Below, in pieces: positions 1-9,065 of a stretch of 40,309 nt of DNA. Numbering within the stretch: position 1 is the stretch's first letter; each line of letters opens with the position of its first letter. A program made the position numbers and the translations under genes. Where the stretch lies: assembly GCA_012798565.1 (NCBI GenBank), contig JAAZMX010000036.1, forward strand, positions 1 to 40,309, written 5' to 3'. The notes below the pieces were generated by a model. That model made no database searches. It saw nothing but the letters and a program-made list of their open reading frames with translations, and was not told the DNA's origin. The DNA comes from Candidatus Kuenenbacteria bacterium (GTDB taxonomy: Bacteria > Patescibacteriota > Patescibacteriia > UBA2196 > GWA2-42-15).

Positions 1-136
1 AAATCAGTAGAAGCGTTCCAGCCTGCCCCGCTTAGCGAAGCGGTGCGGGGAGACATAGCCAGGGACGGCTAGAAAACCACGGACATTTACATTTCAATAC
101 CAACCACCCCTTTATCCCCTCCTTAGCAAGGAGGGG
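1..136. repeat. GC-rich composite hairpin element, member of a dispersed family
   Basis: Hairpins ccgctt-agcg-aagcgg (28-43) and cccctcctt-agc-aaggagggg (116-136). Shares the modules tttatccc, ggagggg and gcggggcagg with the elements at 19.9 kb and 23.6 kb. Confidence 0.6.
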
Positions 137-144
137 AAATACTA

Positions 145-1107
145 TCACTTCCACCACCACTCGTGCTCCCTATACCACCTCACTGTCTTCTCCAAATATT
201 CGTCCAGTCCGAATAACGGCTCATAACCCAATTCCTTCTTCGCTTTTCCCCAATCAATTGCGTAGCGCCGGTCGTGGCCGGGCCGGTCTTTGACAAATTC
301 TATCATTTCCTCGCCCTTACCCAAAATATTTAATATCTTTCTGACGACTGTCAAATTATCATCCTCATTATCGTTCATTCCTCCAATACAATAAGTCTCC
401 CCCATCTTTCCTTTCTCTAAAACCAAATCAATCGCCCGGCAATGGTCTTCTACATACAACCAATCGCGCACATTCAGTCCGTCGCCATAGATGGGCACTT
501 TTTTATTTTCCAGTAAATTAATAATTATCTTAGGAATAAATTTCTCCCGATGTTGATAAGGACCATAATTATTAGAACAATTAGTGATCGTCACTGGCAA
601 ACCAAAAGTGCGCCCGTAGGCTTTGACTAGATGATCCGAACCAGCCTTGGAAGCTGAATAGGGTGAACTGGGATCATACAAAGTTTCCTCATCAAATTTT
701 TTATTGCTTCCCAGCTCCAAACTACCAAATACCTCATCAGTGGAAATATGATGGAATCTTTTTACGCCATTTTTCACCGCCGCTTCTAATAAAACCTGCG
801 TGCCGACCAAATTGGTCAGGATAAACGGTGCCGCGTCTTTGATAGAATTATCCACGTGGCTCTCCGCCGCGAAATGCGCCACTATCTCCATCCCGCTCAT
901 AATTTTATCCACCAACTCCTTATCAACGATATCTCCGTGAATAAAATGATAATTTGGTTGGCCTTCAATATCTTTTAAATTTTCCAGCCGCCCCGCGTAT
1001 GTTAATTTATCCAAATTAAAAATCTCGTCCTCCGGATGATTCTTCAGCCAATAATGTATAAAATTACTGCCGATAAATCCGCACCCGCCAGTCACTAATA
1101 TTTTCAT
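145..1107 (-). CDS. rfbB: dTDP-glucose 4,6-dehydratase
   Basis: 320 aa. GGCGFIGS Rossmann motif, YSASK catalytic motif, and CSNNYGPYQ and RDWLYVEDH blocks typical of RmlB. Confidence 0.9.
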   Translation of the reverse strand: MKILVTGGCGFIGSNFIHYWLKNHPEDEIFNLDKLTYAGRLENLKDIEGQPNYHFIHGDIVDKELVDKIMSGMEIVAHFAAESHVDNSIKDAAPFILTNLVGTQVLLEAAVKNGVKRFHHISTDEVFGSLELGSNKKFDEETLYDPSSPYSASKAGSDHLVKAYGRTFGLPVTITNCSNNYGPYQHREKFIPKIIINLLENKKVPIYGDGLNVRDWLYVEDHCRAIDLVLEKGKMGETYCIGGMNDNEDDNLTVVRKILNILGKGEEMIEFVKDRPGHDRRYAIDWGKAKKELGYEPLFGLDEYLEKTVRWYREHEWWWK

Positions 1108-1136
1108 AAAACAATATTTTTTAAATGTTTAAATGT

Positions 1137-1874
1137 CTAATGAGCTACGACAACATATTCCCCTTTCACCGGATCATCCTTCACTCTCTTCAAAACTTCT
1201 TCGATCGTCCCTCGATAAATCGTCTCAAATTTTTTGGTCAATTCTCTGCCCACCATAAACTCTTTTTTGCCATATCCTCGCTCGTCAGTTTTTTCATCCT
1301 CGCTCGTCAGTTTTTTTATTTCTTCCAGACATTTGACAATTCTATGGCATGATTCATAAAAAACTACTGTCATTCTCTCGCTCAAAACCTCTTTTAAAAA
1401 TGTCTGCCTGCCTTTTTTATGCGGGATAAATCCCTTAAATAAAAACTCGTCAGTTGGAAAACCGCTCACGCTCAAAGCCGCAATCGCCGCCGACGGCCCC
1501 GGGATCGTCACAATTTCGATATCCTCCCCTGGCAAGGGGAGGTGGCCCGCTCGAGCGGGCCGAAAGGGTATCGTCGGTTTTACCAATTCTCTAACCAACA
1601 ATCCTCCTGGATCGTTAATCCCGGGCGTGCCCGCGTCTGTCACCATGGCGACTTTATAATTTCTAACCAAATTAACCAGCTCCATTATTTTCCTCTCATC
1701 GCTGTGCTGATGGTAGCTGATCAACTTTTTATCTTTAATCTCATAATGATTTAATAAATTTTTTGTCACCCTGGTATCTTCGCACAAAATAAAATCCACC
1801 TCTCTCAAGGCTTCTAGCGCTCGAAGTGTAATATCCTTCAAATTCCCAATTGGTGTCGCTATTACGTATAACAT
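1137..1874 (-). CDS. rsmI: 16S rRNA (cytidine1402-2'-O)-methyltransferase
   Basis: 245 aa. N-terminal LYVIATPIGNLKDITLRA..ILCEDTR and GTPGINDPG..PGPSA blocks of the RsmI tetrapyrrole-methylase fold. Carries an in-frame GC-rich insertion at 1524-1561. Confidence 0.9.
   Translation of the reverse strand: MLYVIATPIGNLKDITLRALEALREVDFILCEDTRVTKNLLNHYEIKDKKLISYHQHSDERKIMELVNLVRNYKVAMVTDAGTPGINDPGGLLVRELVKPTIPFRPARAGHLPLPGEDIEIVTIPGPSAAIAALSVSGFPTDEFLFKGFIPHKKGRQTFLKEVLSERMTVVFYESCHRIVKCLEEIKKLTSEDEKTDERGYGKKEFMVGRELTKKFETIYRGTIEEVLKRVKDDPVKGEYVVVAH
1524..1561. repeat. Twin GC-rich hairpin element in-frame within rsmI
   Basis: ctcccct-ggca-aggggag (1524-1541) followed by ggcccgc-tcga-gcgggcc (1544-1561). 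The 10-mer ggtggcccgc is identical to the intergenic element at 19927-19937. Confidence 0.7.
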
Positions 1875-1987
1875 ACTAAATAACTCTCAATTGCTAATTT
1901 TGAACCAAATGTTTGATTGTTGATTTGCTTTAATGTTTTCATGTTTTAATGAGTTATTCGTATATTCGTAAATATTTGTAATTCGTA

Positions 1988-2818
1988 TTATTTATAAAAT
2001 ATCTTATCCGGGATTCTCAAATCAACATAGTGCAATTTCTTTGAATCAACCCCTTCTTGTCTCAAAAAATTATTCAAATTAGCTAGCGCTTTGCCAGTGT
2101 CACCCTCAATATCTAGTATTATATACCAACCCTCGTGGGTATAAAAATTTACTTCGCGGTTGGCGAAATCTTTCACTTCTATTTTTTTAATCGGCCAGCC
2201 GCGCAATCCTTCTTTTAATTCTTCCAGCGCCCCCTCAATAAAATCAACACTCTTCGAATCAATTATCTGTGCTCCCACTGCTATCGCCGTTGTTGTCCCG
2301 CGGTTAATCGTTGGCAAGTCATATTTGATCTCCCCTTTGGCCACTGCCGCCATTACCCAGCCGCTTTTGTCCAAATAATAATTTTGTTCGCCCTCCTGCC
2401 AAATCAAAACCGGTAACTTTTCCCGGCCCCCTATCTCCAAAGTTCTAAATTCCTTGCTAATAACCACTTCTTCTACCGGCGCGTTTTCATCTATGAATCT
2501 TGCTAGTTGATTTTTATTAATCAGCCAAATATTGTCCTTTGGCAAAATTCCAAATTTAAAACCCTTGGTATATTTCTGGACCGCCAATTGTACCGCGTTG
2601 AAATTATCCACCTCATTAATCCCCGAAATGACTATCTTTTCTATCCTGAAAATAGATGAATATACCAATAAATAAAGCAAAATACACACTAGCAATATCC
2701 CGGCCAACAAAAAAATAAGTGCCTTTTTTTTCTTGGCTTGTCTCTCCAACCTGTTTGGGGGCACTCTCTCTGACCAACTTTGCAGCTGGACTTTTGTTTT
2801 CAAAAATTTACGACTCAT
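1988..2818 (-). CDS. ftsQ: Cell division protein FtsQ-like (TM anchor plus POTRA domain)
   Basis: 276 aa. One N-terminal TM helix, then a POTRA-like IEKIVISGIN... segment. Lies directly downstream of ddl, as in dcw clusters. Confidence 0.65.
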   Translation of the reverse strand: MSRKFLKTKVQLQSWSERVPPNRLERQAKKKKALIFLLAGILLVCILLYLLVYSSIFRIEKIVISGINEVDNFNAVQLAVQKYTKGFKFGILPKDNIWLINKNQLARFIDENAPVEEVVISKEFRTLEIGGREKLPVLIWQEGEQNYYLDKSGWVMAAVAKGEIKYDLPTINRGTTTAIAVGAQIIDSKSVDFIEGALEELKEGLRGWPIKKIEVKDFANREVNFYTHEGWYIILDIEGDTGKALANLNNFLRQEGVDSKKLHYVDLRIPDKIFYK

Positions 2819-2824
2819 TAATTT

Positions 2825-3997
2825 TTATCTTGCTTTTAATTTTAATTTGGCCGACTCGGCATAATTCAAAATATCGGAGTCAAAATTCAAGATCAGCTTT
2901 CTCTTCACTTCATGGCGCTCTTCCGCCAGCCTAATCAGTTCGGCCAAAAGTTCTTTTAAACTTAGACCGCTCTTTTCCCACAAATGACTATAGAGCGTTC
3001 CGGGCAAGGTATTTATTTCATTGGCATAAAAACTACCATCATCTTTGTCATACAAAAAATCAAATCTGGCAATACCGCTGCAATCCAGGGCTTTAAAAAT
3101 TTTCACGCTCATTTCCTGTATTCCTTTAGTTGTCTTTTCGTCTAATCTGGCCGGTATAATTATATCTTTTTCCGCTCTACCAGTCTGTGCCCCTCCATCA
3201 TTCAAATATTTATCTTGATAGCTGAACAATTCATCTCGGAAAAGTGATTCTTGCAGCAAAGAGGCCCTGGGTTCATTATTGCCGATTACCGCACAAGTCA
3301 CATCCATCAAATTTTCCACGCATTTTTCTACCAATACTTTATCGTCATAATGCAAAGCGACCTCAATCGCCAATTCCAACTCTTTCTTCGTACGGACCTT
3401 GGCAATGCCGATTGACGAACCCAGTCTTGCCGGTTTGACGATCATTGGCCAGGTCAATTTATTTTCAATCAAAGCCACTGCTTTATCTGGTGACTCATCC
3501 CATCTTTGTTTGTCCAAGGGTACGAAATCTACTGCGGGAACACCCAGGCCCTGGAAAAAAATCTTGGTCAAAATCTTATCCATTGCCACAGCTGAACTTG
3601 CCACCCCGCAACCGACATAGGGTACATTCACTAATTCAAATACTCCCTGGACTGTCCCATCTTCGCCGTTTGTGCCATGCAGTGCCGGAAATGCCAAATC
3701 AATTTCAATCTTCCCGGGCATTATTCCGTCCCGGAAAAATACCATTTTATCCGTTGAAGCCTCCATATCCAGATGATAACTCTTCATCTGGCTCAATTTT
3801 TCTTCTTTATTCTTTTCTCGGAAAAACATCACCGAATCCAGTTGTTTGCCGATATACCAACGGCCATTTTTGCCAATATAAATTGGGATCGCTTCATGGC
3901 CCAAGTCGCGCAACCCGGAAATAATCATCTGCGCCGTAATAATAGACACGTCATGCTCTGGTGTCCGGCTCCCAAAAAAAATACCTATTTTTTTCAT
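2825..3997 (-). CDS. ddl: D-alanine--D-alanine ligase
   Basis: 390 aa. N-terminal GGxSxEHxVS-like motif (FGSRTPEHDVSI) and an ATP-grasp core (IVKPARLGSSIGI, EINTLPG). Confidence 0.9.
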   Translation of the reverse strand: MKKIGIFFGSRTPEHDVSIITAQMIISGLRDLGHEAIPIYIGKNGRWYIGKQLDSVMFFREKNKEEKLSQMKSYHLDMEASTDKMVFFRDGIMPGKIEIDLAFPALHGTNGEDGTVQGVFELVNVPYVGCGVASSAVAMDKILTKIFFQGLGVPAVDFVPLDKQRWDESPDKAVALIENKLTWPMIVKPARLGSSIGIAKVRTKKELELAIEVALHYDDKVLVEKCVENLMDVTCAVIGNNEPRASLLQESLFRDELFSYQDKYLNDGGAQTGRAEKDIIIPARLDEKTTKGIQEMSVKIFKALDCSGIARFDFLYDKDDGSFYANEINTLPGTLYSHLWEKSGLSLKELLAELIRLAEERHEVKRKLILNFDSDILNYAESAKLKLKAR

Positions 3998-4042
3998 ATT
4001 GATAAAGTTTAGTTAATATTCAACCTGTCCCGAGCAAATTTT

Positions 4043-5404
4043 TTAAAAATAAACGTCCGGCCAATCATTCTGAAAAAGTATCGTGTCACCTTTTTGTAAT
4101 ATATTTTTCAAATCTCCATGCGCTTCACTCGTACTATTATAGATTTTATAATTGATAAACCCCTGCCCTTTCAACGCCTCTAAAACCGCTTCTGTTTCTT
4201 TACTTTTTATTAATAACACCAAATCCACCTTCTGGGCGTACAACTCGCCAATCTGTTTATGAATTTCTTTCATTTTATCACCCAATTCCACCAAGGGCCC
4301 CGGTGTCAAAACAATCTTTCTGCCCTTAGCCCTATTGAGAACTTCAATTCCGCTCATCACGCCAGCTAAATTAGCATTATAACTATCATCAATCACCCAC
4401 ACATCAATCTGCGAATTACGAATCGGCTGTAATCTATGTGGCGCATATTCAATTTTTACCACCGCTCTTTTTATTTCTTCCGCTGTCAATCCCAGTTCTT
4501 TGGCCAATTGACCAGCCAATGCGATTAAAGATAAATTGTGTTCTGCCAACAACCGACAATCCATCTCTACTCCAAATAATTTAAATTCCAAGCCCTGGAA
4601 ATCAGGTTTTATCTTTACCTCACTGATCAATTTGTTACTTTCCACGCCCACCGCCTGATTAATTTTAAAATTTTTGTAATTATCCGCCACCCTTGCGTCA
4701 TCAAAATTCAAATAAGAAATTTTCTTGGTTGCCACTGGCAATTCAAATTTGGCCTGAATTGTATTCTCCAAAGAGCCAAATCTCTCCAAATGCGCTTCGT
4801 TTATACCTGTCAATATTGAATAATCAGGCGCGACGATCTGGCAAATACTTTTTATCTCCCCTTTTTTGTAAGCGCCCATTTCCACGATCAATATTTCTTC
4901 GTCTTTCAATTTGTCAATAATAAACTGGGCCACGCCAATTTCCGTATTAATATTTTCCGGCGTCTTCAAAACTTTGTATTTTTCTGACAGCATGCCAGCC
5001 AATATTTCCTTGGCCGAGGTCTTCCCATAACTGCCGGTAATCCCGATTTTAATTACTTTTTTCTGGCCGATAATTTTCTTCGCTTTACCAAAAATTCTCT
5101 GCTTTAACCAATAATCAATTGGCGAGACAATAATCAAAGCCAGTAGCGCCAGCCAAGGCAAAAGTATCATTAAAAATAAAACCATTATCACCGCCCACCA
5201 ACGCGTCAACCAAACGCCCACAACCAAAATTCCCAAAAACAAAATAATCGTCAAGGCGTAAATCAAAGTCGCCTTCTTGGTCCAAACAATTTTTTGCCTC
5301 TTCTGCAACCGCCACCAAGCTAAATGCTTATAAACATAACCAAGAAATCTTTTTGGCAAATAATTTTCACTCTGTAAAATATAAATCAAATTGGCAATAA
5401 TCAT
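4043..5404 (-). CDS. murF: UDP-MurNAc-tripeptide--D-Ala-D-Ala ligase (MurF) with a hydrophobic N-terminus
   Basis: 453 aa. Mur ligase P-loop GITGSYGKTS, ENINTEIGV and DDSYNAN motifs. The first ~100 aa are predicted TM helices rather than the usual soluble domain 1. Confidence 0.8.
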   Translation of the reverse strand: MIIANLIYILQSENYLPKRFLGYVYKHLAWWRLQKRQKIVWTKKATLIYALTIILFLGILVVGVWLTRWWAVIMVLFLMILLPWLALLALIIVSPIDYWLKQRIFGKAKKIIGQKKVIKIGITGSYGKTSAKEILAGMLSEKYKVLKTPENINTEIGVAQFIIDKLKDEEILIVEMGAYKKGEIKSICQIVAPDYSILTGINEAHLERFGSLENTIQAKFELPVATKKISYLNFDDARVADNYKNFKINQAVGVESNKLISEVKIKPDFQGLEFKLFGVEMDCRLLAEHNLSLIALAGQLAKELGLTAEEIKRAVVKIEYAPHRLQPIRNSQIDVWVIDDSYNANLAGVMSGIEVLNRAKGRKIVLTPGPLVELGDKMKEIHKQIGELYAQKVDLVLLIKSKETEAVLEALKGQGFINYKIYNSTSEAHGDLKNILQKGDTILFQNDWPDVYF

Positions 5405-6162
5405 ATTTGTGCCACAAAAATCTTTTTAAATTCTTCCTCTTTCTCCAAAAATGGAAAGTGTCCGGCATCTTTAATCACAAACAATTCCGAATTGGCAATC
5501 ATTTTTTTCATCAATAGTCCATCCGCCAAAGGCGTGGCTTTGTCTTGATCGCCCCAAATTAACACAGTTTTCACTTTTATTTTTTGCAAATCATCAGTCA
5601 AATCATTGCTAATAATTTTTTGATAAATTTGGCTCATTTCCCCAGCCTCCACGTAATCAACTGAATCGATTGCTTTATAAAACTTTTTTCTGATTGCTTG
5701 TTTATATTTTCTAATTACCGGCAACCACAAAAAAATCTTAACCACCTTGGCCCCTACGAAATAAATAAATTTTTTAAAACTTTTTCGTCTGATCCCCGCG
5801 CTATCAATCAAAATTATTTTTTTCGCCTGCCCGCCATTCACCACATATTTAATCCCCACACTTCCGCCAAATGAATGCCCGACCAAAACAGGATTAATAA
5901 TTTTCAATTTCCCCAAAAATTTTTTCAAAAAATCCGCATACTCTGTCAATCCCCAAATACTCGCCGGCTGTTCGCTTTCCCCAAATCCGGGCCAGTCAAT
6001 TGCTACGTAATTATCTACCGAATCAAAAATTTTTTTGAATACCTGGGCCTTCGCCTGCCAGCCAGGCAAAAAAACCAAAGTCCCGTCAGTTTTAAACTCC
6101 GGGCTTTGATAATAATTAATCAGCAAATTATCTATTATAATTTCTTTCTTAATCATCTTCAA
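5401..6162 (-). CDS. Alpha/beta-fold hydrolase
   Basis: 253 aa. GHSFGG nucleophile elbow and a C-terminal DAGHFP His motif. 4-nt overlap with murF. The ATG at 6156 is an alternative start. Confidence 0.75.
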   Translation of the reverse strand: MKMIKKEIIIDNLLINYYQSPEFKTDGTLVFLPGWQAKAQVFKKIFDSVDNYVAIDWPGFGESEQPASIWGLTEYADFLKKFLGKLKIINPVLVGHSFGGSVGIKYVVNGGQAKKIILIDSAGIRRKSFKKFIYFVGAKVVKIFLWLPVIRKYKQAIRKKFYKAIDSVDYVEAGEMSQIYQKIISNDLTDDLQKIKVKTVLIWGDQDKATPLADGLLMKKMIANSELFVIKDAGHFPFLEKEEEFKKIFVAQI

Positions 6163-6174
6163 TATTCTTAAATC

Positions 6175-6219
6175 CCCCGCCCGCCATGCAAGCCGAGCTT
6201 ATGGGGCGTTGCGGGCAGG
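6175..6219. repeat. GC-rich imperfect hairpin, family member
   Basis: Outer stem gcccgc (6179-6184) / gcgggc (6211-6216) with inner ccat/atgg and aagc/gctt pairs. Ends in gcgggcagg like the other copies. Confidence 0.5.
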
Positions 6220-6286
6220 TAAATCATAAATCTTTTCCCCTTCAATCTTTTGATTTCCCAATTTCTATTAGCCTGATTTCTAATTT

Positions 6287-7564
6287 CTAGTTTCTGATTT
6301 CTAATCTCTTCTTCCCCACCATTCCCTGCAATACTTCTGGCACATTAACACTACCATCTTCGTTTTGAAACTGCTCCAAAATCGCCGGGATCAATCTCGA
6401 GGTGGCTAGACCAGACCCATTCAAGGTGTGCACGAACTCATTCTTGCCGTTCTCGTTTTTATAACGAATATTCGCTCTTCTAGCTTGATAATCCAGCGCG
6501 TTAGAAACCGAGGAGACTTCTTTATATGTATTCATTGACGGAATCCAAACCTCAATATCAATTGTCTTGGCCATTGCCGCCGAAGCATCTTCCGCTGCCA
6601 ACTGCACGGTTTGAAAATTAAGCCCTAAGCCTTTAACCAACTCTTCGGCGTTTTTAACTAATTCATCAAACGCCTTCCAAGAATCTTCTGGCTTGGTGAA
6701 TTGGAACATTTCAATTTTATTAAATTGATGCCCGCGCACCATGCCTCTTTCTTCTTTGCGGTAACTGCCAGCCTCTCTTCTGAAGCAAGCGGAATAAGAA
6801 TAATATTTTTTGGGCAAATCTTCACCGTTCAAAATATCGTCACGATGAAAATTATTGATCATCATTTCCGAGGTTGCGTCCAAACACAAACCATCTTCCC
6901 CGCTTCGACTCGTCGAAGACGAGGCGAGCACCCAAAACAAATCTTCTCTAAACTTTGGCAAATGACCCGAAGCGTAGGCCGAGGCTTCGTTTAATAAATA
7001 TGGCAATAACAAAAATTCATAACCATTCTTTTTGTGAAAATCCACAAAATAATTTAGCAAAGCCCATTCCAGCATCGCGCCATCACCAGTGTAACACCAA
7101 AAACCTGCGCCACTCATCTTGGCCGCGCGCTCATAATCAATCAAACCCAAGCTGGTTGCCAATTCCACATGATCTTTAAACTTAAACCCAAACTCTGGTC
7201 GTTTGCCAAATGTTTTTAAAACTTTATTATTTTCTTTTCCACCAGCCACTACATCGGGAGCCGGAATATTTGGCAAAGCTGATAATTTTTCTTTCAATTC
7301 TTCTTCTATTTTTGCCAACTTTTCATCCATTTCCTTAATCCTCTCCCCTACTTTTTTCATCTCTTCAATAATTTCCGGCGTGGGTTTGGTCTTGGAAAAT
7401 TTATTTCTTTCTGCTTTTAATTCATCCGCCCGCTGAATTAATTCCTTGCGCTTATCATCCAACTTAATAATTTCCTCCAAGTCAAAACTCCCCGCCTCCA
7501 TTCTTTTAAGTAACGCTTTTTCGACCTCTTCCTTTTCATCACGAATTTTATTGATGTCTAACAT
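6287..7564 (-). CDS. serS: Seryl-tRNA synthetase
   Basis: 425 aa. N-terminal coiled-coil arm and class II motifs (FRREAGS, GHQFNKIEMF, TLNGSGLATSR). Confidence 0.95.
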   Translation of the reverse strand: MLDINKIRDEKEEVEKALLKRMEAGSFDLEEIIKLDDKRKELIQRADELKAERNKFSKTKPTPEIIEEMKKVGERIKEMDEKLAKIEEELKEKLSALPNIPAPDVVAGGKENNKVLKTFGKRPEFGFKFKDHVELATSLGLIDYERAAKMSGAGFWCYTGDGAMLEWALLNYFVDFHKKNGYEFLLLPYLLNEASAYASGHLPKFREDLFWVLASSSTSRSGEDGLCLDATSEMMINNFHRDDILNGEDLPKKYYSYSACFRREAGSYRKEERGMVRGHQFNKIEMFQFTKPEDSWKAFDELVKNAEELVKGLGLNFQTVQLAAEDASAAMAKTIDIEVWIPSMNTYKEVSSVSNALDYQARRANIRYKNENGKNEFVHTLNGSGLATSRLIPAILEQFQNEDGSVNVPEVLQGMVGKKRLEIRN

Positions 7565-7631
7565 ATCTTTACAATTTTAAATTTTTAATTTTAAATTTTA
7601 AAATAATTTTTAATGACCCAATTCTAAAACA

Positions 7632-8177
7632 TTATAACAAACCCGCCTTTTCCCTCAATCGCCTTAAATCATTTTTAAACCTTTCTGTAACTTGATGTTC
7701 TGCTGCTGTCCTCGGTATTTCATTTACATTAATATCATACAATTCCCACAGCCAACGTGCTATTGCTTCTTCATCTACTTCAAACATACTCCATGATGAT
7801 TTCTTACCTTCCTGAGCTAAATTTTTGTCTTCTTTAAACTGTTTGGCACATTGATAAAAAATTTCTTTCAATCTAGCGATTTCCTTATCAGAAAGATTAT
7901 CAATTCCATAATCGTCTTTCATTGTTTTTTTTGCTTCTTCTATCAAATAATCAATCTCTATTTTTTCTCTCTCTTCTTCTCCTGCTCCATTTTCTATCGC
8001 CATTTTCATGGTTATAGCAAACAATTTTCTAACTTCCGTGGTATATTTGCTTTTTTCATCCCTATCATACATAAGCCAAAGAGGTTTATCTTCCTCAGAA
8101 AGATGCCCAGGTAGCACTACTTCGTCTCCTATCTGCTCAATATCTTCGGCTTGTCCATTATTAAATTTTTCTGACAT
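7632..8177 (-). CDS. Hypothetical acidic protein
   Basis: 181-aa ORF in the operon orientation. No family recognised. Confidence 0.45.
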   Translation of the reverse strand: MSEKFNNGQAEDIEQIGDEVVLPGHLSEEDKPLWLMYDRDEKSKYTTEVRKLFAITMKMAIENGAGEEEREKIEIDYLIEEAKKTMKDDYGIDNLSDKEIARLKEIFYQCAKQFKEDKNLAQEGKKSSWSMFEVDEEAIARWLWELYDINVNEIPRTAAEHQVTERFKNDLRRLREKAGLL

Positions 8178-8252
8178 ATGTTTCTAGATTCCCGCTTTCA
8201 CGAGAATGACAAATCGAATAATGTTTTAAAATTAAAAATTTAAAATTGTATT

Positions 8253-8993
8253 TTATACTTTCTTCATCCCCTCAAACGCTCTCAAAACTTCCAAAGGAAT
8301 CGCGAACACCAACGTATTAGATTGATCCGATGACACGTCATTAATCGTCTGCAGAGTCCTCAGATGCAGCGCACCTTGCGTTGAAGCCAAAATAGTCGCC
8401 GCTTTGGCCATATTATCAGCCGCGATGACCTCACCTTCGGCCTTAATAATCACTGCTCTTCTTTCGCGTTCTGCTTCCGCTTGTTTGGCAATCACCCGCT
8501 TCATGTCTTCTGGCAAATTAATGTCTTTCAATTCCACCGAATCTACTTTTATGCCCCATGGATCAGTGGCCGCGTCTACTACCATCTGAATTCTTTTGGA
8601 AACCTCATCGCGATTGGATAATAATTGGTCCAAATCGACTTCGCCAACGGCATTACGCATGGTTGTTTGCGCTAACTGCGAAACCGCATAATAAAAATCC
8701 TGCACTTCAATTACCGCCTTGGCCGCGTCGGCAATTTTGTAATAAATCACCGCGTTTACTCTGACAGAAATATTGTCTTTGGTGATGGCCTCTTGATCCG
8801 GCACATCCACGGCTTTGACACGAATGTCCACTTTTTTCATTGACTGGAAAACCGGCCAGACAATTCTCCAGCCCGGGTTTTTCATACCCGTATAACGCCC
8901 CATGGTGAACATCACCCCACGCTCGTATTGATTCACTTGGCGCAAACTGGACAAAACAAGAACGATAACAATGGCCAAAATTGTGTACCACAT
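8253..8993 (-). CDS. SPFH/band-7 (stomatin-like) membrane protein
   Basis: 246 aa. N-terminal TM helix, then an SPFH core (VNQYERGV..., ITKDNISVRVNAVIYYKI, AEAERERRA). Confidence 0.85.
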   Translation of the reverse strand: MWYTILAIVIVLVLSSLRQVNQYERGVMFTMGRYTGMKNPGWRIVWPVFQSMKKVDIRVKAVDVPDQEAITKDNISVRVNAVIYYKIADAAKAVIEVQDFYYAVSQLAQTTMRNAVGEVDLDQLLSNRDEVSKRIQMVVDAATDPWGIKVDSVELKDINLPEDMKRVIAKQAEAERERRAVIIKAEGEVIAADNMAKAATILASTQGALHLRTLQTINDVSSDQSNTLVFAIPLEVLRAFEGMKKV

Positions 8994-9065
8994 ATGTTTT
9001 TTGTTAATTATTAATTAATATTAAATTCTTTTAAAAGCTCATTTTTAATTTCATCCACAATCTGT

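Noticed and set aside
145-147. Possible alternative genetic code (TGA recoding), as in some candidate phyla
   Set aside because: TGA terminates rfbB and ruvX at their expected C-termini. All long conserved ORFs are intact under the standard code.
5115-5318. Same-strand alternative-frame ORFs inside murF (5115-5318), the SPFH gene (8707-8991), the dehydrogenase-like gene (13232-13426) and atpD (30237-30488)
   Set aside because: They are nested in better-supported conserved frames, and their translated sequences lack any recognisable features.
8188-8207. attcccg-ctttca-cgagaat hairpin upstream of the 181-aa ORF, considered as another member of the GC-rich family
   Set aside because: It is short, has a mismatch in the stem, and shares no module with the other copies.
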